A stretch of DNA of 64,000 nt from Azolla caroliniana (taxonomy: Eukaryota > Plantae > Polypodiophyta): assembly GCA_043228905.1 (NCBI GenBank), contig JBHGNT010000001.1, positions 6,076,001 through 6,140,000 of the forward strand. Reading direction: 5' to 3'. Positions 31,235 through 43,900 of the stretch are shown here, one piece after another. Position numbers and translations under genes: made by a program. Numbering within the stretch: position 1 is the first letter of the stretch; each line of letters starts with the position of its first letter. A model generated the notes under the pieces. It saw only the letters and a list, made by a program, of their open reading frames with translations. It had not been told where the DNA came from and did no database searches.

Positions 31235-34200
31235 TTAAAACTTGATCTTTATGCCCATGGTTCTCAATAAACCCATCAACACAACTAGAACCAGAAGGTA
31301 TGCAATCAATATACCGTAAGCCATGCTCGTCGACACAAATAAAGTGTCCACATTCAAATTGACCAATCCCGTTAGCACGTTCGCCTTTCACTCAAACAAC
31401 AAGCAATATATACATATATCAGATCTTAATATTTTTATAACTTTTAGATCTTTAGCATATAGCATGTGAGCCTAGATATTTTCAGTTCTTATTTTTTAAA
31501 TTTGTATTTTTCTAATATTTACATATAGGCGAATATATACATCTCTTGACTTACCAAAAGGAAAGTTGCCAACATGTTCTCAGTAAAAATATCTTCAAGA
31601 ATAAGTTGTCCAACTCCACCACCAGGAATTAATTCAGATAACGCTAACACTCCAAGTCCCTGCAAAAACAATAAAATGATGTCTTTAACTTATATTATTC
31701 ACCTTCTGAATTTTTTTCTTTTCTGGATATAAATCCCTTTATCTACACATTTGATTACAAGTACCGCCTCAATCACAATCTCATATCGGAAAATTCGTTC
31801 ACTGTCAATTCAGGTTAATATTACTTTAGGTGAACATAAACCTTTAGGTGATCTACTGACAATTACCTCAAGGTTTATAGCGAGTGTAAACATGACATAA
31901 GTTAGGTTGCACTGCATAAAACAAAATAAAGTATTGTAAGGAAATATCACTGAATCAAAGAGTTTAGGGTAGGTCCAGGAAAACCTCAAATTTAAAATAT
32001 TTTGAAATATTTGAGACAAGTGATCAAATAGCAGTTATTTTCCCAGAATGTTCTTTCTTTGTTCTGTGTTACCATTCGGCGAGAGATTCTTTCGACAAAA
32101 TAATTGGAGAGTAATGCCAATATCCTGTGAAAATCCCCAAACAATATATGTATTGCTTGAAAAGCTGATTCAAAATACCAATAAACAAAGAGATTTCACT
32201 GAGTAAAAGTAACTATTTTACCAGAACAGCGCAGTAAGATTCCAGATCTTTGACACATAACTGAAAGACAATCTTCCATTCTCTTTCACAGGATTTTCTT
32301 TTGGTTTGAAAATGTAATATCCCAGTTGTACACCAACAAGATATAGACCCCAGTATCCTGCACGGTCAAGCGTATAATAATATATATTGAATCTTAATAT
32401 AGGCTCCATCATCATATAAAAAATACCATTCTTCATTTACTACAGAATGTGAAACTGAATTATTGTTCGCTTATGCCTCAAACTTACCAAACAAGCTGAA
32501 TATGCCTTCTTTGTTTTGACTGAAGAGATTAACTCCTCTTTTTGTAGAATTGATGTACTCATTCAGACCACAGAGCAATAGAACTTGATAGACTGTCCAT
32601 TGGGACGACAGATTATTACTTTGTGGAAACATTTACTTGATATTAAACAATAATAATTTCAGCTTCAAATAAGTCAAAAGGGGATATTTATTATACCAAA
32701 CAATACAAATGCTCCAAGCATCCCACAAAGATAAGGTGGAATTTGAACCAAATTTGTCAAAAGAGCCACAGCTGATAGTGTAAAAAAGAAGTTCCAATGC
32801 ACTCCATACTCTCCCACATGAACCTACCATAACATCAATTTCATTCACTTATATTAAACAAAAAGCACCCTAAATACGGGTGTAGAGATCGTGTTTATGC
32901 CTCATAATCTCAGGATATAATCAAGGATATCATGCCAAACTAAAGTAAACAATGGTTTTCAGACCATGCAAAGAGTTCTTATCAAATCATGGCAATTAGC
33001 TTTCCTTGATTTAAATGATAATGGTGGCATTTTTTGACTCAAAGTAGCCATGTGTTCTAATATTTTAATCTTTAGCCCAATGCAATGCCACAATATTTAT
33101 TACAACCTTGAGTTTGTTCTACATACCTGGTAGTCAACCCCTCGAGTAAGGCATAACCTTGCAAAGCCCATAAACAATAATGGGCATATACTTCGAAAAA
33201 TACTAGCACGCTCCTTCCTGTGGCACATACAGCACCATTACCCATATTATAGATTTAATAGTTATTTGATACTTCATTGTTTTCTCAGTATCATTTGAAA
33301 GAATATTGACTACAACCAGAAAATGAACTGTTTTAGTACCCCTGTAAGATACCGCGTGCTTGTCTTGAGACCAATGCATTGACAACTACAAATGATCCAA
33401 CGCCAATATCCATCTGCAGAAAAGGTAAATGGAACAGATTTAATGAAGAAAAACTAAATGTTTAGACATGCATCAGACAACAAATTTCAATATACAAAAA
33501 CAAGAATGGTAGTGTGAATCAAAAACATTTACCAAACCACTTCCATATGTCTCTGCTTTGGCATATCGCCTTGGGAAAATATTGAAATCCACGGCAAGGA
33601 TAGATACGCATGTCAACAGCATCTGGCAGAATAAGAGTTCCTATGAAACATAAGGTTCAACCACCAGATTTTGGAAAGATACATTATGCATTGATGCTTC
33701 TTCATACGTACTACTACAAATCGATAAGATGAAACAAACTGTAATCGAGATGACTTGAATTCTTTCTTCTTATAAAATGGGATATTAGATGTTTGTGACC
33801 GGCTCCTGTGAAAAATATTTACACTTCGATCAAAAGGAAGACAACTTACATTCACAATAATTACGTGTCATAATGACATTGATCATAGCTTCACAAGAGG
33901 ATAGACAAAATAGGAATTCAATCTTATAGATGGAAATGTTTAAAAAGAAATGGAAACATGTGCATGGATTTCATCTAAGAAAAAAAGAAAGAAAATATAC
34001 TGAGTATGTATTTAGAATCAAATTCCCATTTATTGCACATATCAGTTCTCCTTCTAGAGCCAAACAATTCTATATGTATTTTGCTATTTTGCTATATTCG
34101 TCCATTTTTTGTAACTTAATTTACATGCTAATCTTACTTCTTTTATCCTATGTGATAAATGCTCTTGAGTTTTGGTAGCTTGTGCATGAAAGCAAAGTAG

Positions 34201-35986
34201 AAGCCATGTAAAGAAAATATGCAAATGTATGATAATCAGTATCAGATGTTGTACGATAACAGTTATTAGAATAGAATTTGACTCTTTACCTCAATATCCA
34301 AAAGATAATTGAAATTGTGCAGAAAATGACTCCCATAATTAGATAGACTCTGTCAGCAAGAATCTGAAAAGAAGCAATCAAATTAATAGAAACCATTATA
34401 TGCATTGAAGAGGTGCTCAAATAAACAATAAAAAATGAAGACAATGAAAGTAAGCACTTACAGTTATAACAGTTAAAGTAGGAATAACAACAATTAGAAA
34501 ATCAAGGGATAAATCCTGAAGGCAAGCGATCCAGGTCTGGGAGGAGCATTCAGATCCTACAAGATTTTACAGAATAAATACAAGTCTATGAGGATGAAGC
34601 AAAGCATGGAAAGTTATCTTGAAAGTCTCGTGCATACCAAGTTATATAATACACTCCTACTTTCCAATTCCCAAAAATATTTATGCAAAATAAGGCATAT
34701 TGGTTCCAGGTTTGATCCAAAAAAATCACCTATTAGTTCAACATCCAAATAAGTTAAATCTTCAGGTATAGCTACAACAAAATAATCCTTGATTTTTGAA
34801 TGATAAACAAAGAGCACAGCAGTTAGATCAATGCAATTTATTTCTTATCATACCAAAAATATGCTGAACTCAAATTCAACAAGCACCCCGTGGCTGGTGA
34901 GTACTTTGCAAAGCAAAGTTCTTTCTGGGAGATTACTATGAAGTTATGGGGTAATCTCTTTACCATTTCAAGTTGAACCATGGCTTATGCTACAGATCCT
35001 CAAAATAAATGTATGGCTATATTGACTCCATCAAGTTTGTTGATGGGTGATAACCAGATCACATGTTTACAAATAAAATTAAACAAGAGTGTATTTTGGA
35101 AGGTTATCATTAAAACAAGTTCATGTTCGCAATCATTGCAATATTCTCTCCTCGACAATAAATAAATAAATAAATAAATACCTCATTTTTAATTAGGTTT
35201 TTAATACAACATAACAGCAAACGCCTTTTTTATGAGATTGGCTTCTAATACAGCCTATATTGAAATATCTCATTATCTATCTGTACTTGTAACACCCTTA
35301 GTGTATCGAAATTTTTTGCATGGCTTCTCCTATGACTCATAGGAATTAGTGTGTCGAAATTTAGATCACCCAAAGAGTAGTAAAAAAAGTACCACCAAAC
35401 AAATGTAGATTTCCTCATTAGAACAATCACAAATACTAAACTCTATCCTATAAATCATATCCAGGTATTCAATAACATTTTCTGCTTCGTTGAAATCAAG
35501 AATACCAAGTATTGTGGATGCATCAACTCACCATCTCTGAAAAGCATCAGACTCCACTTACGTAAAAGCAAGAATGCCTGTAAAAAAATATAAAGTAGAT
35601 GCTCTATTAAATATAGCACATATCACAACTGCAGAAGTTAGTAACTAATTTTAATTATGATGGTATGCCATATGTTTCTGAAATAAACCACATTAATTCT
35701 AATACTCCAGCTATCCTTCAGAAGCATTAAAAAATACATGCAATCTATCACAAAATCAGGGGTGCATACTCACAGGAAAAATAGCTGAAAGAGCAGCAAT
35801 TTCTGACATGGTCGTTCCTGTTAAGTCGCTTACAAATCTGGATATGACAAGCAGAAATTACAAACAATTTCGAAAATTCATGCAAATCTTATCTATTTAT
35901 AAACTTAAATATGGTTGGGCTTACTGTTCTTTGAGTTGTTTATACGTGATTGGATCCATTTCAACACTTTGATGCATTTGACTCAT
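31235..35986 (-). CDS. PIGW: PIG-W/GWT1 GlcN-PI inositol acyltransferase (GPI anchor synthesis), ~469 aa, 16 exons
   Basis: Exons: 35925-35986, 35774-35837, 35532-35577, 34462-34556, 34290-34363, 33712-33805, 33533-33622, 33340-33413, 33127-33217, 32697-32823, 32488-32592, 32222-32357, 32073-32124, 31867-31911, 31555-31659, 31235-31384. Motifs: [79 protein letters not shown]. Alternative starts at 35977 or 35959. Confidence 0.95.
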
Positions 35987-38080
35987 GATTATATGTCACT
36001 CAAATTTGGGCCTGTATGCACCCACATTAACTATGTAGCTGTTCAGAGTATATAATTACATCGAGTATCCATCCATTACAGTTTTATTACTAAATCTGAC
36101 CAGGAAAATTAGCAAAACTATTTTTTTATTCATTATAGACTATCCATAAGAGTGGACCACGCAAATTCCTTTATCCCTTCTAATCGGAAGGTCTTTGTTT
36201 TCATGGCTTGTGATCTTTTTTGATTTGAAATCATTTAATGGAAACTGTGAAACCTCTAGAAATTTCCATTTTTGTTAGGTTTGTGCTGCGCAAAGAATGA
36301 ATATACTGCTCGTCAAAGGTTATGAGACTTATTTTTCATTCCAAGTTTATTGTAATCCACATATTTTTTCTTGGTTCTATACCAACACTAACCAAGTCAT
36401 GTTTGGCCTCTCGCAAACCTTTTTGCCACTTCATAGGGTGTACCGTGTAATAATTATTTTTCATTCTAAGATAATTTTAATCCACTTATTTCCTTTGATT
36501 CTTCACCATCCTTTAGAAAATTTCTATCGCATGGACCATTATAAACGACAATGTAATTGAAAATTTATTTGCATCTTCCTTCTATCGTAGAATTTATTTG
36601 CAAGTTTCTCAGCATTTGTCCAAAACATTGGTTTGCTGGTGAAATCTGGGTCCATGAACCGGTTTTGCTTAATGCTCATATCTGTCCTTACAACAAGAAA
36701 AATGAATTAGAAAAGAGCAAGAGCATTTGAAAATTGATGGTTCCACCTGGACCATGGCCTTGTACTCTTTTCATCGTCAAACCGATGGCATATTCCACAC
36801 ATTAGAACTACAGGCAGCATTTTCAAAGCTTTTCACATCCACCCATGGGGAACATCCTCAGGTAGACAAAACCGATCCTCTACAACCAGCACTCTCGGGG
36901 CCGGTTCCCATACATATATACCTGAAGAATCTAGGAAGGCATTTTGATCCAACACTCTTCAAACCACATCATCCCAAACATGTTCATAGGTAGATGGGTA
37001 CTCTAGGTATGCATCTTATGCTTGCATAGGAATGCTTTTTGATCTAGCACTATCGAGGATATCCACACTTGATACACCCATGTGGAACATCCTCAGATAG
37101 ACAGACCCTGTAGATATGAACCACATGCTTGTATATCTGATGCATATAGAATTGCGCTTACTTCTAACACTCCCGTGATTCTTCTCACAATGTCCACCCA
37201 TGTGGAGCTTCGTACATTCTAGACATGCATCTTCTTATTTAGATTCTTGAATTTTTTGGGCTATGCACACCACATCCACCCCATGTTAAACATCCTTAGA
37301 CAGACCCACAGGCTGGCTAATATATGTATCGGATACTTTTATACATGACACATTTAGGAGAGAAATTCGATGCTGCCATGATCCGGGATCTTTAGATCTG
37401 AGTCATGCATGTAGCCTTGGACAAAAAGACAAGCAAGACCTTTCTAACAGGACGCCACTATTCTTTGGCATAAAATGTGAAGATACGATCAAAAGAATGT
37501 ATTTATTGTTTTGCAACCGGTTTCGTACCATAAAATGTGAAGATACGTGATTAATAAAAGATCAGATTTTTGTTGATGTTTTAGCACTATTTGCATACCA
37601 TAAAATGTAGAGATAAAAAGCAATCAAACAGATTTGGAGGGCACCAAGAAACGAGAATTCTCGATTTCCATTGATCTTAATTAAACTGACGATGTAAGGA
37701 GGAGAGGAGAGATGGAAATACATACCAGGAAAGGCATGGGACGAATGGCCATCGCCATTATTTGAAGACCTCCCGTTCCGTTGCAGAGAGACCAAAAGGG
37801 AAGGGGAGGGCCAAGAACATGGTGGATGAGATGAGTAGCAGCAGGGGCGGGGGCGGGGTGCTGTGTTAAGCTAATGATAGTAATTAGTGATTATAATTTG
37901 CGCGTGGCAGAACTAAAATCTTTACCTAAACGTAATTAACATGGAACAAGATTAAGATTAATAATAGGACAAGAATGAAAGAACAAACACAAACTACAAG
38001 AATTATGTATGTAATTGCGCTCCTATAAGAAATATAATGATTTCTCGCCCCAACAAAGAAATTAACCCCACATTGGTAGT

Positions 38081-38083
<3 letters not shown>

Positions 38084-38116
<33 letters not shown>
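38084..38116. repeat. (GT)n microsatellite
   Basis: Direct reading. Confidence 0.95.
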
Positions 38117-38117
<1 letters not shown>

Positions 38118-38626
38118 TGAGTTCATCGACACTACTACGTCTAATCAACGGTTGAAAATCCCTTGCCGTTTTTATCACGAGTTCATACACGATGACACTA
38201 TGTTAGTTAATCGACGACAGTCTCATAGGGTCGAAGTGCTCATTAAGGTCAGTTAATCATGAGTCATGACTATCATTATTGTCAATAATCAACTCGACTA
38301 GTGAAGGATGATGTTACAGAGGGAAATAAACGGGCATCGAAGGGTCAAACGTAGATCCCCGTCAGATGTTCAATTTTGCGCCACAATTTTGACATATAAC
38401 CTCCACATGCACCGCACCCTAGGGTCTATATATTTTATACATAAGTATAACACACAAACACATTGCATGCAAAAGCACGACGTGAGTGGGTTGCCTCTTT
38501 GTTTTCTGAGGAATAATAATACATAACCCACTATAACGGGTCGGGGAAGTTTGACAATTTCAAGAGCAAGTGTTGATCTTTTTTTTTGGGGGGGGGGGGG
38601 TATGTGTTTGTGGAATAATAATATGC

Positions 38627-38883
38627 ATAGTATGAACCATATGAACCATTCGTGAATGTTCCAATCATTCGCATAAGAAAAACACCCTCAAAGAATGATA
38701 AATACCATACGTTTGGATTAACTATTTATTATGAGGTAAATAAGCTTTAAAAATGGAAAAAAAACAAAAAACAAATCTATAAAAATGGGGAAAAAACTAA
38801 CAGAAGAATGTTTGAATAACATTCGCATTCTCTTTCCAACGTAGGAAAACGAATGTTATGCTAGATGAACTCGAATTTTACGT
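38627..38883. mobile_element. Dispersed ~260-bp repeat, copy 2 (MITE-like), upstream of PIG-W
   Basis: Colinear with 21311-21575. Confidence 0.6.
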
Positions 38884-39012
38884 ACTGTGATATGTATAGG
38901 GAGGAGGGCTCTACAGCTTCATCACTAAGCAAAATTGCCATAGAAAAAGAATACAATTGAAGATTTTGGATCCTAACCAAATTTCATTCAAATAGCTTTT
39001 CTGTACATATAA

Positions 39013-39013
<1 letters not shown>

Positions 39014-39044
<31 letters not shown>
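39014..39044. repeat. (TG)n microsatellite
   Basis: Direct reading. Confidence 0.95.
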
Positions 39045-39045
<1 letters not shown>

Positions 39046-40080
39046 TTGCTTTGGAGAGGCCTACAAATCTGCAGGATAAAGCATAGAAGGTGAGAAAGGA
39101 GATCATGCCTTGGTGAGGTGTCCATAAGCCTGCAGAGTTAAGCACTGTAGCTGAGATGGAGATGAAGACGTTGCCATTCACAACCTAAAGCGTGTACAAT
39201 CTTATTATGGCGGCGGATATGAGAATCAGAATTTGGAATATGAAAGCAGAACTTCTTCTTTTGTCACATTTGGCTTTTGGGATGTTTGTGATGCATATTC
39301 GATTCTGATGAGTACTGAGTTGAAATCTTATATTCTACCAAGTTCCGATATACATACAGCAGGGTTCTGAAATTACGAGCGCATCTTTTTATCAGGGCAG
39401 AGAGAAGAAACATGGACGACCTTCTCTTGAGATAGATTGTTGTATTTCAGTGCAGTCAGGTGTGGATTTCTCGAATGTATCGATATTAGATTCCAGGTAA
39501 GCGTTAAAATCCTACTTTGTCAGAGTGAATTATCCCACTAGAAGAAGCTCAAATACTCACCGCTGGCTTGAAGTACTGATCCGTAGAGATAGTTATGCCT
39601 TGTACCTAGCGTTAGCTTAAAGAAAATGTCACATAGCAAAAGCCCAGTCTTTTACTTTCTTTGGGGGGATCTCTGGGTTATGGGATTGGGATTTCTCCTT
39701 GCATGTAACTGTAACGCCATTGATACTTGATCAAATTATTTTAAATAAGAAATTAGGAAAAACGTTGAGCAGTTTCACCATCTGAAAATAGTTTCAAAAT
39801 AAGGTATTAACATAGAAACCTATTCAGTTTTACAATATATATTAAGGAAAGGAGTCTTGATACAAATTTCCTGGTCATTGGAAATTATCCTGATCTCCAA
39901 CTGTTTGTTTGGACCGTGCAAAGGCATTTGGGATTGTATATCAGAAGAATAAGGACGTACGAACTGGAAAGTAGAGCAGTATTGCCGGAGAGGTACTAAA
40001 CGTTCATTAGCAGTCCTATTTAAAACACATGGAGCCAATGGGACACTCAAGAACCAAACAAATTCAAGATTATAGGCCAT

Positions 40081-40231
40081 GTTAGATGTCACACTCATTA
40101 AACTTATCAAACTTATCTTGAAGTAGAATTGATACACCAGGTTAGATGTCACACTAGTCAAAGGTCTTAAACTTATTTTTAAGTAGAATTCAGACACTAT
40201 GTTATGTGCCACACTAGTTAAAGGTTCCAAA
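40081..40231. repeat. 60-bp minisatellite, ~2.5 copies
   Basis: Units start gttagatgtcacact or gttatgtgccacact at 40081, 40141 and 40201. Confidence 0.85.
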
Positions 40232-40395
40232 TTTGACGTATTCACAGTGATGAACATGGGACATGCTTTTCTCGTCAGTATCTAGTCACTTCTATCATGA
40301 TTCCAAATAAGCAAAGCATCAGTCTCCATTTGATTATTGTTGAATTGTTTAATCATGTGTCCAACTACCCTTTGAAGTAACAAACTCTCTTTAAT

Positions 40396-40698
40396 TTTTG
40401 GATTCCAGTAGAAATCTAATACATCATTCGCTCTTCCTCACTTAGGTTTCTCATTGTCATTCTCATGTGTGGTTCCTGTGATGTAGAAGATGAAATCATT
40501 TTCTTGTTGGCATATGGGCTTCTTTTAAGAACAATTAGTTATTATTATTAAATATAGAGATGTATCATATCACCTGCTCACACTAAGCTGCTCATATCTG
40601 TAAACATAATAGGCTGATTTTGGATTCCAGTAGAAAGCTAATGCCTTGTTCTTCGTCACTTAGGTTTCTCGTTGTCATTCTCATGTGTAGTTCTCGTG
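40396..40698. repeat. ~82-bp direct duplication downstream of FLVA stop
   Basis: 40396-40480 matches 40618-40698 (ttttggattccagtagaaa...tcacttaggtttctc.ttgtcattctcatgtgt). Confidence 0.85.
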
Positions 40699-40937
40699 GG
40701 GCACCTAATGCCCCTCATCTACTTACTAGTCTTTTAAAAAGTTGTAAATAATGGAAGTTTATTATTAATTATCCATAGGAAAGTTACAAGCCTTCAATGC
40801 CTATGGATACCTAGGTCAAAACCTTTGATGGATACAAGCAAAGCTAGCTTATAAATAAGAAAGTGTGTTCTTAATTATTTGGAGAAGCATTCAACCACTG
40901 ATGTACAAACAACAATAGAGAGAGCAGTGTTTTAGCA

Positions 40938-43900
40938 TCAATAACGTCCACCCGTCTTCCTATAGTGGATGGCAGTTAGTGTTTTATCATCCTGTGTAAA
41001 AACACCAATGAACAATATTAATAATCGGTATTAGTGCATGAGAAAACTATTCAAAATTCAATCAACCGTTATCTAAGTTTGCTAACACAATGTACATCTC
41101 ATAATTTAGAAGTGGACCTTAAATTTGAAAATTTTAAAGGTGGTTTTCCAAGGCAAGTACAAAATTGCATTAAACTCGGGTTTTCCACCCTTAAGCTTCA
41201 CATACCTGCAAGGCACCATCATCAACTATTGCATATAATACCCAATGGTCTCCTGTTTCCATTCTGCTTTCAACTGTGCATTCCATCCATGATATCTAAA
41301 CAAATACAGACAAGTACATCAGTTCTAAAAAAATAATCATAATACTTTCACCTTGACAAATAAAATCAAGATATAAATTGAGATTTTACAGCATCTGACA
41401 GGATTCGTCCACCGTTTTTTGATTCCTTGGTATTTAATTCCCCGTAGCGAGGTTCTCCAGGCTTAAATGGCTTCAACAGTTGTTTGGTAATGGGAGCAAC
41501 TTTTCCTTGGCCAAGGACATTAAGAACAAACTTTCCACCAGGTAGCAACAGACTCTCTACAGCTCTTTCTTTTGCAACCTGACCAAAACATCAGAGCTGT
41601 TTATGAGTCAAAAGGTGGAAATTCTCAAAGCAATTCTCAAACTGTGTATATAACAATGCCCAAATATATATGTAAACATTGGTCAAATGTCTACGTACCA
41701 AAAATCCAATGAAATGCAACAATGACCAAATGTCTATGTTACAACGATCAGCTGTGTATGTAACAATGTTCAAAAACTTATGTTGCATGTAAGCAGTTCA
41801 AAACCCTACATAACTTGTAACAATGCTCAAATTTAAATGTAGCAAATAACAATGCACAAATGTGTATGCATGTAACAAGTAACAATGCTGTGTATGCTGC
41901 AATGGTCAAATGCATATGTAGTAATATTCAGTGTATGTAAAATTTCTCAAATGCGTGTGGACAAAGCTCAAAAGTGAATGAAATAATGCCAGAAAATGTC
42001 CATGTAACAATGCTCGATTATGAATGTAATAATGCCTAGAAATATCTGTGTAAAGGAAAAGTCTCACTAATACATTGTTGTATAAGTCTCACTATGTTAG
42101 CAAAAGGAACTTTAGCTGAAAGTGTCATAAGCTATTTGACAGCATTCTCGCCTCTGAGAATAATACGAGAAAGTGCGTAGTTCTTGCTCTCCAGTCAATG
42201 GCAAACATTGGTGAAATGTATCTGTAGCAAATGCTCAACGTGATCTAACAATGCTTGAATGTGAATGTAATGCTGCTGAAAAACGTCCAAGTAACAAAGC
42301 TCAAATGTGTATGTAAAATGTAAAAATGGTCAAATGTGTGTGACAATGTCTACAATGTTGATGTAGAGATGTGCATACCGCGATTGTCAGACCTGGAGGA
42401 ACAAAACTTGCTTGGCTAACCCATGAGGCCAACATTGCACTTTCTGCATCACCCTCCTTGGCAGAGACAACACAAAGAGAACCAACCACTCTACCCACTG
42501 CCTGAGATTAATGTCACAAGAAATACAAAATCAAGATTTCACCTATATGCAAGGAAAATGAACTCACACAACTACTAAATTACCCCTCGATGTGCTAACT
42601 CTTGTAGAGATAATTACTTTATAAAATGACTACTATAATTCACCATTCTACATTTCAAACTATGTATAGTTTATCCTTCTTTAGTTGCAGTGACTCTCTG
42701 CTAGTATTACCAGATGGAGATACTGACAAAGTGAAAATAGATAGTGCAAATACTAACAGAATATAAACAAAAGTTATTGGGTCATTTCTTACCTGTTCAA
42801 CATCTGATGCTGATGTGAATTGAGGAGATGTCTTGTTTCTCTCTTTGGACTTAGATTTCTTCACATATTGTGCTAGATCTGTGCCACTTTCCTCACAAAC
42901 TTGTAGCATGGATTCTGTGGGCTAATAATTTGCAAACGATGAAACCCAGCCAACAACATTTTAATTTCCATCATGCAGATAAGGCTCTTAATAGGAAATA
43001 ACCATCATCCATGACACAAATTTGCATTAATTTCTCTAGAATGATGTCTGCACTTGCCTTAAATTTGCAGCGAATTGTTGGAAATGCAAAGGAAAACCCA
43101 GCATCCTTAAGGCGCTGCTCTATCTCATCGACTGCTTCTCCACTCCATCCAAATGAACCAAACACTCCACATGGTTTACTCCTAGCATTGTCATTCCTAA
43201 GAATGATACCTAAAGTATCCTGTAATTAAAAAGCTAAAAATAAATATAATCTAATCTACAATGTGCAAACTCTACCAGGATATTGATCTAATAAATAAGG
43301 TAAACTCCAAAGTATCCCTGAGTTTTTCTATATTCCATCAAATCCTCCCAAGTTTTCATTACTTCCCAAAATGCCCTCCGGTCAACCCTCTCTTAAGCAA
43401 TTATATGCTATATTTAAAAATTTATATGTTCAACTCAACCGCTTCTTCTCAATTGTCTGTGCTATTTGAGCTATTATATGGTCAAGTTATCTCCTTTTTC
43501 TCTCTGTGGGGTGTTTCAGAGTTTTTCCTAGTAAATATTCTCTTGTATTGAGTATTGTACATATATATACCTGAATAGGTGTGGGCATATGACCACCTAA
43601 GGTAGGACTCCCTATCACAAATCCACAACAGCGTTGCATCAAAGAAGAAACCTCGGCACTGGTGCTTTGTTCTGCATTCAAACTCTCTACCACTACACCT
43701 GCTTTTGATATGCCTCGGCTGAGATAATTATCCAAAGAAGTTACTTTTCTCTCTTGATGGTTATATTTTATCATGAATAAAGCATAAAGTTTATTCCATA
43801 CCTGATTGCCTGAGCAAGAGCAGCTGTGTTCCCATATGCTGAAGCGTATATGACTGCAATTGTAGCCTCTTCAGCCTGTTTTAGTCTCTGTTTTGTCCAC

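Noticed and set aside
38135-38354. Degenerate terminal inverted repeats suggesting a MITE
   Set aside because: The match is too short and gapped to support without a genome search.
39306-39370. C/D box snoRNA candidate (tgatga...ctga)
   Set aside because: The C box context is imperfect, with no terminal stem and no rRNA complementarity that I could recognise.
39380-39720. Minus-strand three-exon peptide model (INGVTV../VQGITIS../DFNAYLE..)
   Set aside because: It needs two ~50-nt introns, shorter than any modelled here, and has no start or homology.
41630-42365. Repeat array considered as CRISPR-like
   Set aside because: It lies in a eukaryotic intron, with divergent units, no unique constant-length spacers and no cas genes.
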